Of a stretch of 64,000 nucleotides of DNA, positions 52,915 through 64,000 are shown piece after piece. How positions within the stretch are numbered: the stretch's first letter is position 1; each line of letters opens with the position of its first letter. The stretch spans positions 44,714,464-44,778,463 of the forward strand of contig NC_043011.1 of the NCBI RefSeq assembly GCF_006345805.1, given 5' to 3'. A model generated the notes under the pieces. It ran no database searches. It was not told the DNA's origin and saw only the letters and a program-made list of their open reading frames with translations. The position numbers were made by a program, and so were the translations under genes. This DNA comes from Octopus sinensis. Taxonomy: Eukaryota.

Positions 52915-54256
52915 GGGTCTAGATGTTGGTCCACCAAAGCAGATCTCACCAAACACACCTTGCCGATGTTTCGACTGCGCCAAACTCCAGAACTCACAGG
53001 CATCCCAAGACTTCAGGGAATCTATTGAGAGACACCTGATGGACCTCTTAGAGCCGACCTTCAATGAGGATCACTGGGCCAGCCTCCATGATGCCATGAC
53101 CGCTGCGCTGAGGAGACGATCGGTTTTGCCCGGAAGAAGAACCAAGACTGGTTTGATGAGAATGATGAAACCATCTCCCGTCTCATCGAAGCTAAACGCC
53201 GGACGCGACTGGTCTTCGAGAACCATGCCACTGTGGAGAATAAACGAAAACACCAGCAAGCATCAGCGGAATGCCAGAACATCTGGTGGCAGAGAAAAGC
53301 AGAGGAGATGCAAAACTATGCTGACCAACGAGACTTGCATCGCTTTTATGCCGCAACCAAAGAGATCTTCGGCTCCACAAGGTCATCAGTGGGTGGCCTG
53401 AAGAACGCAGCTGGCTCTACGATAACCGACACCCAAGGAATCCTCGATTGCTGGAAGTCCCAATACGAGAGCCTACTTAATGGCCACTCACGCACTCCTG
53501 ACGATCTCCTCCAAAACACACCACAGCTCCCCATATGCCATTGGATGTCCCTGCCGCCATCGCCCCATGAGTTCAACGAGGCATTCAAGCGCTCGAAGCT
53601 GGGCAAAACTCCAGGACCAGACAACATTCAGTTTGAGTTTTTCATGCACAGAGGTTCTGAGCTGAGAATCATCTGACGCTCCTTATCCCCGAGATCTGGG
53701 AAAGCAAGACTCTCCCAAACGACGTCCGCGATGCAACTATCATCACCATCTACAAGAAAGGAGACCGAGAGGATTACAACAACTATCGAAGTATCTCACT
53801 CCTGAGTATTGCAAGCAAGATCTTTGCCCATAACCTACTCTATCGCCTCCTCATTCTCGCGGAAGACTTCCTCCCTGAGTCCCACCGTGGCTTTAAACTC
53901 TTGAGGCATAATCGACATGATCTTTTGTGCCCGCCAACTTCAGGAGAAGTGTCAAGAACAACAACAGCCTGCAATGTTCATCTTTTGGAATCTAAAGAAA
54001 GCTCTTGAGCAGGTCCCTCGTCATGAAATGTGAGCCGTCTTCGCTCGGTTTGGATGTCCCGAGGACTTCATTGTCTAGGTCCGCTTCCTTCACGACGACA
54101 TAGTGGGTAGGGTATGCCATCAAAATGCTCTCACAGACCCGTTTCCCATCATTGGGGGGTCTTAAGCAAGGATGCGTCCTAGCACCAACTTGTTTCTCTT
54201 GGTACATGGCCGTCATGTTCAACGAAATCCCACTGGACTCACCTTCCATCAACATG
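52915..54256 (+). pseudogene. RTE (BovB-like) LINE ORF2 fragment including the N-terminal reverse transcriptase domains
   Basis: QDWFDEND, ADQRDLHRFY, GKTPGPDNI, IYKKGDREDYNNYRSISLLSIASKIFA, DMIFCARQLQEKC, GLKQGCVLAP; frameshifts and stops. Confidence 0.93.
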
Positions 54257-55124
54257 AGAGAGGTGTACTATTATTACTAATTCCCTTCAACAGAGGTATG
54301 TATTGGTATGTATTGCAAGAAACAGCTGTTTCTTTCTCTAACATTTCATATAGTTTGACCTACACAAGTTAATGTGTGAATAACAAAATAGGAATTTTGA
54401 TCAAAGTATCAATAAAACTAGATTTTACATCGAATGGCTACGTAGGGTTCACCAGAATAAAATAGTAATCAAAGGGGTCCATTGATAAAAGGAAAATAGT
54501 TGAGAACCCTTGAGGGTTAGCTGCTATTAGGCCTAGATAAAAGATAAACGATAAAAGCTGAAGTCCATTACATCTACGTAGCTTTTCAGTTTTAGTTGTA
54601 GCCAAAAATTATCTCTTGGACCAGAGTTTCAAATGACCTCGGTTCTTTTGCCTGGCTTTGTCGAGTTATGTTTTATTGGACAGAAAACAACAGAGTGCTT
54701 ATAATAACCTTCTGGTACTCCTATTGCTTTCATATTGTACTTACTTGACTCAACCGTGACATTTTTATATTTTGTATTCGCTCGATAGTGGTGCACCAAT
54801 TTAGGCTTGCTTGATGACAAACACTTTTTGCATGTTTTGTTTGCGAGCCGTTTTGTCTATTTCCAGTTTTTCCGAAGCAAAAGCATTACTATGTATATTA
54901 AAATGCTTCACAAGGGCAACATAAATGCTGACAATAATTGTGAATGTCATAGCTAAGTCAAGGATAAAGTTTCACCCATTCACACATGTAACTCCTCGAA
55001 CAAGACTTCTTACGAATTTTCTTTGGATTATATTGTGTCAAAGTTGACTGAGTTAAGCCATGATTATGCAAATATATATTTTTGCTCCGAGAAAGAAGCG
55101 AAATATATATTATTTTTCTAGTCT

Positions 55125-55275
55125 GTGTGGTAAGTTTGCTTTCCAACTACACGGTTTCACGTTCAGTCTCACAGTGTGGCACCTTGGGCAAGTATCTCTA
55201 CTATAGTCCCGGGTTGACAAGTCGAACAAAGCCTTGTCAATGGATTTGGTGAACGGAAACTGAAAGAAGCCTACC

Positions 55276-55371
<96 letters not shown>

Positions 55372-55570
55372 ACACACACACAGGCACACGTGTGTTTTCG
55401 TGTTTGTCTCCACCGCTTGACAACGGGTCTTGTTTTGCTTATGCCCCCACCCCTAAAGAGACCGCTAGAATAAGTACTAGGGTCGATTTGTTCTGTTAAA
55501 GTCCTTCAGGGCAGTGCCCCAGCATGGCCGCAGTCCGATGACTAAAACAAGTAAAAGATAAAAGATAAAA
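55125..55570 (+). mobile_element. SINE family A (diverged)
   Basis: Consensus match. Confidence 0.75.
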
Positions 55571-56164
55571 ATCTTATTCCGATCTCAAAATAATCCAAGT
55601 CATTATGACACAAGCAATTACCTCAGAAATGAAATAAGATTTGAATAAATTTTTTATCAAACTGGGCCGCATATTACCCAACAGTATTCCTGACCTTTAG
55701 GTCTGTATCTTGGGGGCCTGTCTTAACTTCGTAGATCGAATGTATTGTTCAGAAATGCTCTTTACCACGTTTTACACTTCTGGATGCAAGCGATCGATAC
55801 ATTTTCAATTTAATTCCGTTCATATAACTTGGACGTATTCATATTTTACGAATCGCATCTAATACTTGATTGGTATAGTATTATATCGATCCTGGAAGAA
55901 TGAAAACGAAATTGATCTCTCGGGATTTGAACCCTAGATATAAAAAGTTGTAGCTAAATAAGCAGTCATTAATTATTCTGCGTATCCAGTTGCAAAATAA
56001 ATTGATTTCCCCTATTTTCGAGTTCATCTTAGAAATGTTTTGGATTTAGTGATAAATTGTCATAGCTAAGTCTCGTCTCAGTATCCCGGCTGTGCGTGGA
56101 AGTTTCTGCATTTTAAAGAAAGATACTCTAGAAGCATTTATTATTATTATTATTATTATTATTA

Positions 56165-56208
<44 letters not shown>

Positions 56209-57609
56209 TTTTAAAATTAATTTTACCTCTTCCAGTCTGCGAATTGTGGCTATGTTGGGGCATTGTGAATTTGTAATTTGAATGAAACAATTTGTGAATA
56301 TAAAAAAAACCCCAAAATGGGGTAAAATGAAAAATGGCACAGTGCGCCTGGTACATTACCTAATGTGTTTTCTTATAACGTGCTAGGATGTGATTTGAGG
56401 AAGACTTGGTTCTTATTTATAACAGATCCAACGACCGTACGCACGGTTCGCCATTGGCCCGGACTACACATTTAGTGAGAAAGGTGTGTGGTTAGTTGTA
56501 TCAGTGAATCTAAAGAAGTGGAGGTCACATTTTATTCATTTTATTGTTGTATTGGTGAGGAAGAAAGGGTATGATACCCCTGGCTTTGATATCCTCCGTG
56601 ACCAATGGGATTAATGTAGTTAAGGATTACTAAGATGTAGGTCGCAGCAAAAAATATGAGCAAAGAAGGATTTCAAGCAAAACAGACGTCTTGGGAAGAA
56701 AGGACTGGATGTAATGAAAAATGCAGGGTCTGGGGGATAGTGGACATAATAGGGGTGGGGATAGGTAGACAAGAGACGAGCATGTCAGAATTGCTTGAGT
56801 GGAGGTGACATGATACCAGTTTGTTTCTCAGAATAGAGGCCATTGTAATAGTGGTAAAAATCAGAGAGAAGAGACTAACTTGTCGGTGACCCGGAGTTGG
56901 AGCGTGTTGGTAGGTGATTTCATGTGAATCAGCTGGGATGACCTTCTTTTGGATGTAGTCCATGGTATTTGTGTGTGTCTAAGATCAGTGTCATCATACC
57001 AGATGTAGGAAAATTACTCTAGTGTGGGTCCTATTTAAGTTTTGTTGAGGTTTAACAGCGATGGATTAATCATTGAGCAAAATAAGCATGTACTTAGGGC
57101 ATCAAGGGAAGCGAGGCTCCACAGAAATAGTAAATGGTTTAGGGCACAAAAGAAATCACTTTAGACTTGCTAAAATAATATTCGAAGTGATTTATATGAT
57201 CGGAAATATAATTTCGAAGTGTTCATGGTATCATAGTGAGGATCTGGTGTTGTAGTGAGGACTTCGCATATAAAAAAATAGGAGAAAACTTTTCAGATAT
57301 AAAGTGGAAGTATACAAAAATGAACATTATTTTCCATCTTACTGTTAGTTTTGTTTCATTTTGAAAAACAAAATGTTACGGCTTATTGTTTATATTTTGA
57401 ATTACATATATATAAAGGGGCACCAAAATATTTTATGGTTATGGGTCTAATCCGGCCTTGGGAGTTAGTAGTCATTAATGGGTTGGGAGAGTGTAAGTAT
57501 TTTCTAGTCCTGAATAGGAAGGTCAGTCTTTAAGGCAGACATGGGCAACCTTTATCGAGCAGTGGGCCGCGTGAGACAGGAGTTAAGTGGCAGATCACAT
57601 TCTTCTTTC

Positions 57610-57817
57610 TCTTTCTCTCTTTTACTTGTTTCAGTCATTTCACTGTGGCCATGCTGGAGCACCGCCTTTAGTCGAGCAAATCGACCTCAAGACTTATTCT
57701 TTGTAAGCCTAGTACTTATTCTATCGGTCTCTTTTGCCGAACCGCTAAGTTACGGGGACGTAAACACACCAGCATCGGTTGTCAAGTGATGTTAGGGGGA
57801 CAAACACAGACACACAA

Positions 57818-57858
<41 letters not shown>

Positions 57859-58017
57859 CATATATACGACGGGCTTCTTTCAGTTTCCGTCCACCAAATC
57901 CACTCACAAGGCTTTGGTTGACCCGAGGCTATAGTAGAAGACACTTGCCCAAGGTGCCACGCAGTGAGACTGAACCCGGAACCATGTGGTTGGTAACCAC
58001 ACAGCCACTCCTGCGCT
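57610..58017 (-). mobile_element. SINE family A (CpG-rich copy)
   Basis: Near-perfect reverse-complement consensus match. Confidence 0.9.
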
Positions 58018-58128
58018 TAAAAATATTTCTGATAATTTTTTGTTAGGCATTGAACTCAATAACATAAAGCATCGTAACTAAACGTTTCTACACATCCACT
58101 GCATTTGACCCTCCAACATGACTGGACT

Positions 58129-58129
58129 G

Positions 58130-58163
<34 letters not shown>

Positions 58164-58225
58164 GTGTGTGCGTTGTGTGTGTGTGTGTGTGTGTGCGTGT
58201 GTGCGTGTGTGTGCGTGTGTGTGTG

Positions 58226-58257
<32 letters not shown>

Positions 58258-58567
58258 CGTGTGTGCGTGTGTGTGCGTGTGTGTGTGTGTGTGCGTGTGT
58301 GTGTGTGCGTGTGTGTGTGCGTGTGGTGTGCGTGTGTGTGTGTGTGTGCGTGTGTGTGTGCGTGTGTGTGTGGTGTGCGTGTGTGTGTGTGTGTGGTGTG
58401 TGTGTGTGCGTGTGTGTGTGTGGTGTGTGTGCGTGTGTGGTGTGCGTGTGTGTGTGCGTGTGTGTGGTGTGTGTGTGTGTGTGCGTGTGTGCGTGTGTGT
58501 GTGGTGCGTGTGTGCGTGTGTGTGGTGTGCGTGGTGTGTGCGTGTGTGCGTGTGTGCGTGTGTGTGT

Positions 58568-58612
<45 letters not shown>
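58129..58612. repeat. ~480-bp (GT)n tract with GC interruptions
   Basis: Direct reading. Confidence 0.95.
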
Positions 58613-59236
58613 ATACGTATGTTTGTGTACGAGTTTGTACTTGCATAAAAATGAACTGCTTTAGTACATGTTTGTGTGGTTCCGTGAATGATTGCGCGCG
58701 CGTGTGTAATCAGAGGGAGAGAGAGAGAGAGAGGGGGGAATGAAAGAAGAAGAAGAGAGAGAACGTCAACGAGGGGGGGGGGAAACAGAAGAATGGCAGG
58801 GAAAAGTAGGTGAGAAAGAAAGGAATGAAAGAAAGCGTAAAAGAATAAATGAAAAACCAAAAAGATTAAAAAGGAAACCCTGAAGTTTATTGGTTTTTAT
58901 GAAGGAATGTCTGATTGAAAGGGTCCAGTGAGTCAGACGACCGTAGAGAGAAAGACAACAAACATGAATGAGAGAGAGAGAGAGAGAGAGGAAGAGAAGA
59001 CAGTGAAGCAGATAGTTAGATGTGAGGGGGGGGGAATGTGGGAAAGAGACAGATGGAATAGAGAGTGAAAGGAAGACGAAAGAGATAGATAGAAAGACAA
59101 AGAAGTGGTGGTGGTGGCTGGAGGATGGTTATAGTTTGATGTAGGAAAGGAGGTGGGGGTGAAAGGTAATGCGCGGGTATGGGAGAGACAGACGTAGAAT
59201 GTGAGTCGAGAAGGGGAGGAGAGATAGAGACAGAAT

Positions 59237-59292
<56 letters not shown>

Positions 59293-59498
59293 AATGAATA
59301 TCGATATATATATATTGAGAGAGGGAGAGACAGGAGGGGATGACATAGAGGTAAGTAGAATGTAAGAGGAAGTGAGAGGTAGATAGGAAATAGAAAGCAA
59401 AATAGAAGTGGAGGGTAGAGAGGTGGGAGAGACATTTGGAGATTGTTGGAAGGATGGGTAGTAGAGAGAGAGAGAGAGTAAGTAGAGCGAGCGAGAGG

Positions 59499-59561
<63 letters not shown>

Positions 59562-59704
59562 GTTTTGGAAGATGTCATTAAGTTCAACAGATCTTTGTAA
59601 TCGTTGTAATACAATATAGTTTCCTAATGTACCTACGCGGTGGTACTAGAGGGATGATGTAGAACAAAAAACACATGGTATAAAAAAATATATATATACA
59701 CACA

Positions 59705-59782
<78 letters not shown>

Positions 59783-60591
59783 GTATCGCAAGAAGAATGT
59801 GGAAGTCATTCTGAGTGAAACAAAGTAAGAAAGAAAAAAAAACAAACAAAACAGCTGGAAGAAGCCTGTCACAACCATAAGCAACAATGAAAGGCAGAAA
59901 GGATTCTATGTGGTCGTTGAACCTGCAAGAAATAGCAATTAAATATAATCCCTCTTCTATATGTCACTCTATTGTCTTTTTTTTTTAAAAAAAAAAGGAA
60001 GAAGTTAACAGATAATGTCTTCCTATATATACGTTATGTCTGAAAAGTCAGTAGTTAAAAACTTTTGAGGGAGTTTTTACCTACTTATTTCTTGGATTAT
60101 CTTAATGAATCAAATTAGTTCAACTCACTATATTACATTCATGGGAGAGTTCAAATTCCGCCGAGGTCATCTTTGTCTTTCATCAATTTCGGGCTCGATA
60201 ATATAAGTACCAGTTATGCACTGAGGTCAATGTAGTCAGTTGAACACCCCCTCCACCCAAATTTCAGATCTTGAGTCTATATTAGAAAGGATTATTTCAA
60301 TCAACTGATCTTATTAGACTTACTTCCCTTGTTGACTTTTAAATTTAACCACTCCCGTGAGAGGGAAAGTTTTTGTTCGCTCTCGCTCGGATAGTCGAAG
60401 TTCTTTCAGTTTCGCTTTATTACATAGGTAAAACTCTACCATATATGTATCTAAATAAAAGTTGTCACCATACCAACAAAGATCATACTCACTCCCTACT
60501 GCATACCATTTTGTAATAATACATGTGTGTATGTATGTGCGTGCGTGTATGTATATGTATGTATGTATATATGTATATATATATATAATAT

Positions 60592-60634
<43 letters not shown>

Positions 60635-60917
60635 TATAATATACATATATAATATATTAATAAATAAAACATATATATATATTATATATATATATATATA
60701 TATAATATATTAATAAATAAAACATATGCATATATATATATATATATATACATATATGTACGTACCTACCTCTACATGTATATATTCACGCATATATGAG
60801 TACAGGACACCAAAAAAAAACGTCGAACACAATGAGAAACGAAAACAGACACAACCAAAGGAACTGGACATTTTTTTAAACAACAAAAAAATAGAGTACA
60901 GGACAAATAACACAAGG

Positions 60918-60968
<51 letters not shown>

Positions 60969-60979
60969 ATAAAGAAAAC

Positions 60980-61266
60980 AAAATGGAGAAGTATTCATTT
61001 ATAACAATTGACTTACATCAATTAGTATTCATTAATTCAATGCAAATAGACTGCATCCTATATGTTATTGCCATTGATATTCAAAATATGTAAAAATATT
61101 AATATGTAAAAATATGTAAATATGTAAAATATTTTGAATGTCAATGGCAATACCATATAACATTGAAAGCAGAAACAGCTGTTAGATGGATGCCGTCTAT
61201 TTGCTTTGAATTAATAAATAACAATTGATGCAAGTCAATTGTTGTCAATCAATACTTCTCCATTTT
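60980..61266. mobile_element. Foldback/MITE-like element with nested inverted repeats
   Basis: Outer arms ~60980-61058 and ~61188-61266; inner hairpin ~61059-61159. Confidence 0.75.
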
Positions 61267-61579
61267 CAGTTTTCTGAATTTAGATTCTTGATGAACCCAT
61301 ATTTATCCTTGTCTTTACAGATATAACCAGGCATCATTTTCCTTTCAGATTTTACCCTTTTTTTTTCCACCTTACAAAATAAATTTTCGTTTTTTGATAA
61401 ATACTTAGTTAAAGAATAAATCCATTTAAGGTCAAATGTTATCCAGGTGTTGTGTGATATTAGGCCGTTCCCATTCCCTAAACGTAACATACCTTCGATC
61501 ACATCAAATACATATATGAAGAAGTACGCTAAGCGATCTGCACACCCCAACGCTACGTCGTTGTTATCATACACTGTAT

Positions 61580-61830
61580 TGTCATCATCATTGTTCGACC
61601 GTGGTCGAGACAATGGAATTTACCATGCTACGCCAGACTTCACGGTCCATCATGGCATTACGGAGGTCCTGTTGCTGAATGCCTGTATCCCTGGAGATTA
61701 CATCAGGGTAGGAGAGTGTGCGCCCTCTGGTATTGCGAGTAGATGGCTTCCAGAGGAGAAGAGTAGAAATTACTTCTTTTTCAGCTCTACAACAATGTCC
61801 AGCAAACTGGACTCTCCTACCTTTCACTGT
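61580..61830 (-). pseudogene. 3' end of an RTE/RTE-X-type LINE ORF2 with a (GAT)n tail
   Basis: RRVQFAGHCCRA...LLLWKP...RGRTLSYPDVI...AMMDREVWR, then stop and TGATGATGA. Confidence 0.85.
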
Positions 61831-62099
61831 ATTGTAATTTCCTATATGTTCAGACTTAAAGGATGTGCTTTTGCAGTCTGTTGCTCATGTCTACGATTGG
61901 AAGTTTTCTAAACACAGGCATATCTCAACTTACGTCATTTCGAATTCCTTTCAACTTTTCATCGCTTTTATATAAAAAAAATGAAAAATAAAATTCAATA
62001 TTAGTGGATTTATCCGACTTTGCATCGGTCTCAGCGAACATATTTAAAAGCATTATATATATATATTCATAAAATTAGGATAAAAATCACGTTAATGAT

Positions 62100-62300
62100 A
62101 ATTATCAAGTACATTATCTACGTTATTTACTTTTGATGGATATTTGCCCTAACCTTTTTTGTTGTTAACACAACGTTTCGGTTGATATACCCTTCACCTT
62201 TCATCAGGTGTATTGGGGAAATTTCGAACCTGGGTTCTCATTCCTAAGGTATTTTTCGATGTTCTTGTTGTTGTTGTTATTATTGTTGTTGTTGTTGTTA

Positions 62301-62353
<53 letters not shown>

Positions 62354-62424
62354 TCACTGCCTGGAATCGAACTCGGAATCTTGGGGTTAGTAGCCCGCAC
62401 TTTTAACCACTACGCCATATGCCC
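62100..62424 (-). mobile_element. tRNA-headed element: Pol III A/B boxes, (AAT/AAC)n linker, and a body with a minimal hammerhead motif
   Basis: Head GGGCATATGGCGTAGTGGTT...GAGTTCGATTCC (62424-62350); ACAC-CTGATGA...CC-GAAAC-GTT-GTGT at 62212-62167. Confidence 0.7.
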
Positions 62425-62432
62425 GTGGGCAC

Positions 62433-62474
<42 letters not shown>

Positions 62475-63164
62475 ACGACGTCGTTTTTCGAGTTAAGTCG
62501 CGTGTCTTCGAGCCAATTACCAAAGTAGTTTGAGGTAGGCCTGTAATTGGCCATTCCAGAGTTTTGTCTCAAATGTTGTTCACTTCGTCATAACATCCTC
62601 CTCTACTACAATTGTATAAACGTGGTCGTTGATTTGGGAGGGTATCGATGATTACTGTAAAATATTGTTGATGTTTTATGTATGACAAGCAATAAAGATC
62701 CAGAAATTTCTCATTCGTTACCAGCGAAGACATAGGGTAAACTACCGTTAATCCAGACACGTTTTCCCCTCTCTCCGCTTTTTACTTTCTCACTGTTTTC
62801 TTTCCTCATTCCTTGCTATCAAAGGGTGTAGGCTCGAATCGTTAAAAACTTTTCCATTTTTCATAAGCGTCAGATCACTACACCTTGTTTGTTGTTCCCT
62901 CATCTGCCATTTGCTCTTTTTATATTTGAACCATGTTTATTAGACACATCGATATATTTCTCAGCAATAACGGATCAAAACCTATGTCCCTGCGCCACCA
63001 AATAAAACCTGTTTTCTTAACGATATTTGCTATCTGAGAACAGAACTAATTTTGTATTTCGTACGTAGCTCAAGCATTTATTAACTTATCTATGTTAGCT
63101 TCGTTGACCCATTCCAGAAGATCGCAATTATTTCCTCACTCTTTGTTGTATTAACTTGTGCAAG

Positions 63165-63560
63165 GCGCATGAATGGTTGCGTGGTGCAAAGTTTGCTTCT
63201 CAAAAACATGGTCCCAAAAACTTGGTTCCGGGTTCAGTCCCACTGCCTGGTACCTTGATCCTATAGATCTGGGCCGACCAAAGCCTTGCGAGAGGATTTG
63301 GTGGCCGGAAATTGAAAGAAGCCCATCGTATATGTATGTATGTATGTATCTTTGTTTTTGTCCGCTACCACCGCCTGGTAACTGGTACTGGTTTGTTTAC
63401 GTCCTCGTAACTTGGCAGTTTGGCAAAAAGAAACGATACAGTAAGTATCAGACTTAGAAAAAAGTGCTGGGATTGATTTGTTCAACTAAACTCTTTAAAG
63501 CGTTACCCCAGCATGACCGCAGTCAAATGGCTGAACGAAATAAAAGCTAAAAGATAAAGA
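63165..63560 (+). mobile_element. SINE family A (diverged)
   Basis: Consensus match. Confidence 0.75.
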
Positions 63561-64000
63561 TAAATTTCAGCCATAGTTGATCAAAAACTTTACGGCTGCA
63601 TCATATTTCGTATGTCGTAGCTCAGGCATAATAATTTATTTGTTTCAGCTTCGTTGATCTTTTCCACAAGATCGGAATTATTTCCCTGCCTCTTAGTCGT
63701 ACGAACTAAACTTCTTCAACATTTCTTTTGATGGTTATCTTTGTCGACAAAGGAACTGCAGTCATTCAATAATTTCATTACGCATTTATGATCAGCGAGT
63801 CTCTCCAGAACGAGTCACTGCTTCTCTACATTGAGAGATCATAGTTCCAATACTCCGGATATGTGATTAGAATGTTGCAGGAAAGAACCTCAAGATGGAT
63901 TCTGCAAACCGAACCAACTGGGTTTACCAAGGGGTAAACCAAGGATGAGATGGGTGAATAAATATCCTTAATACTGTGTAACAAAGGTTTTATATATTTT

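Noticed and set aside
56600-57260. Possible heavily decayed Penelope (GIY-YIG side) coding remnant on the minus strand
   Set aside because: Only vague similarity (LRNKLV) and no diagnostic motif readable

Overview
Eukaryotic (animal) non-coding DNA, AT-rich and saturated with microsatellites. The SINE/LINE/mariner repertoire looks like an octopus or other coleoid cephalopod genome; this is inferred from repeat families, not from a database match. I recognise no intact host protein-coding gene, and nearly all listed ORFs are translations of simple repeats. Recognisable content: two decayed mariner transposases, three LINE fragments of RTE type, a partly duplicated R4/Dong-like (restriction-like endonuclease) LINE fragment, two non-autonomous Helitron-like elements, several MITEs and foldback elements, many tRNA-derived SINE copies from at least three families, and a 5.4-kb array of a 30-bp unit (about 179 copies) between inverted SINEs. 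Most notable: (1) an apparently intact type I hammerhead ribozyme on the minus strand at 47340-47387 inside a ~400-bp TA-flanked element; (2) a tRNA-headed (Pol III type) element carrying a minimal hammerhead motif at 62100-62424, plus several decayed hammerhead-like motifs elsewhere; (3) the 30-bp array, whose unit reads like a 3' splice-site module toggled between CAG and CAA and arranged in higher-order repeats; (4) a CpG-decay boundary near 32-33 kb. Repeat boundaries were read by eye and are approximate unless target-site duplications are quoted.
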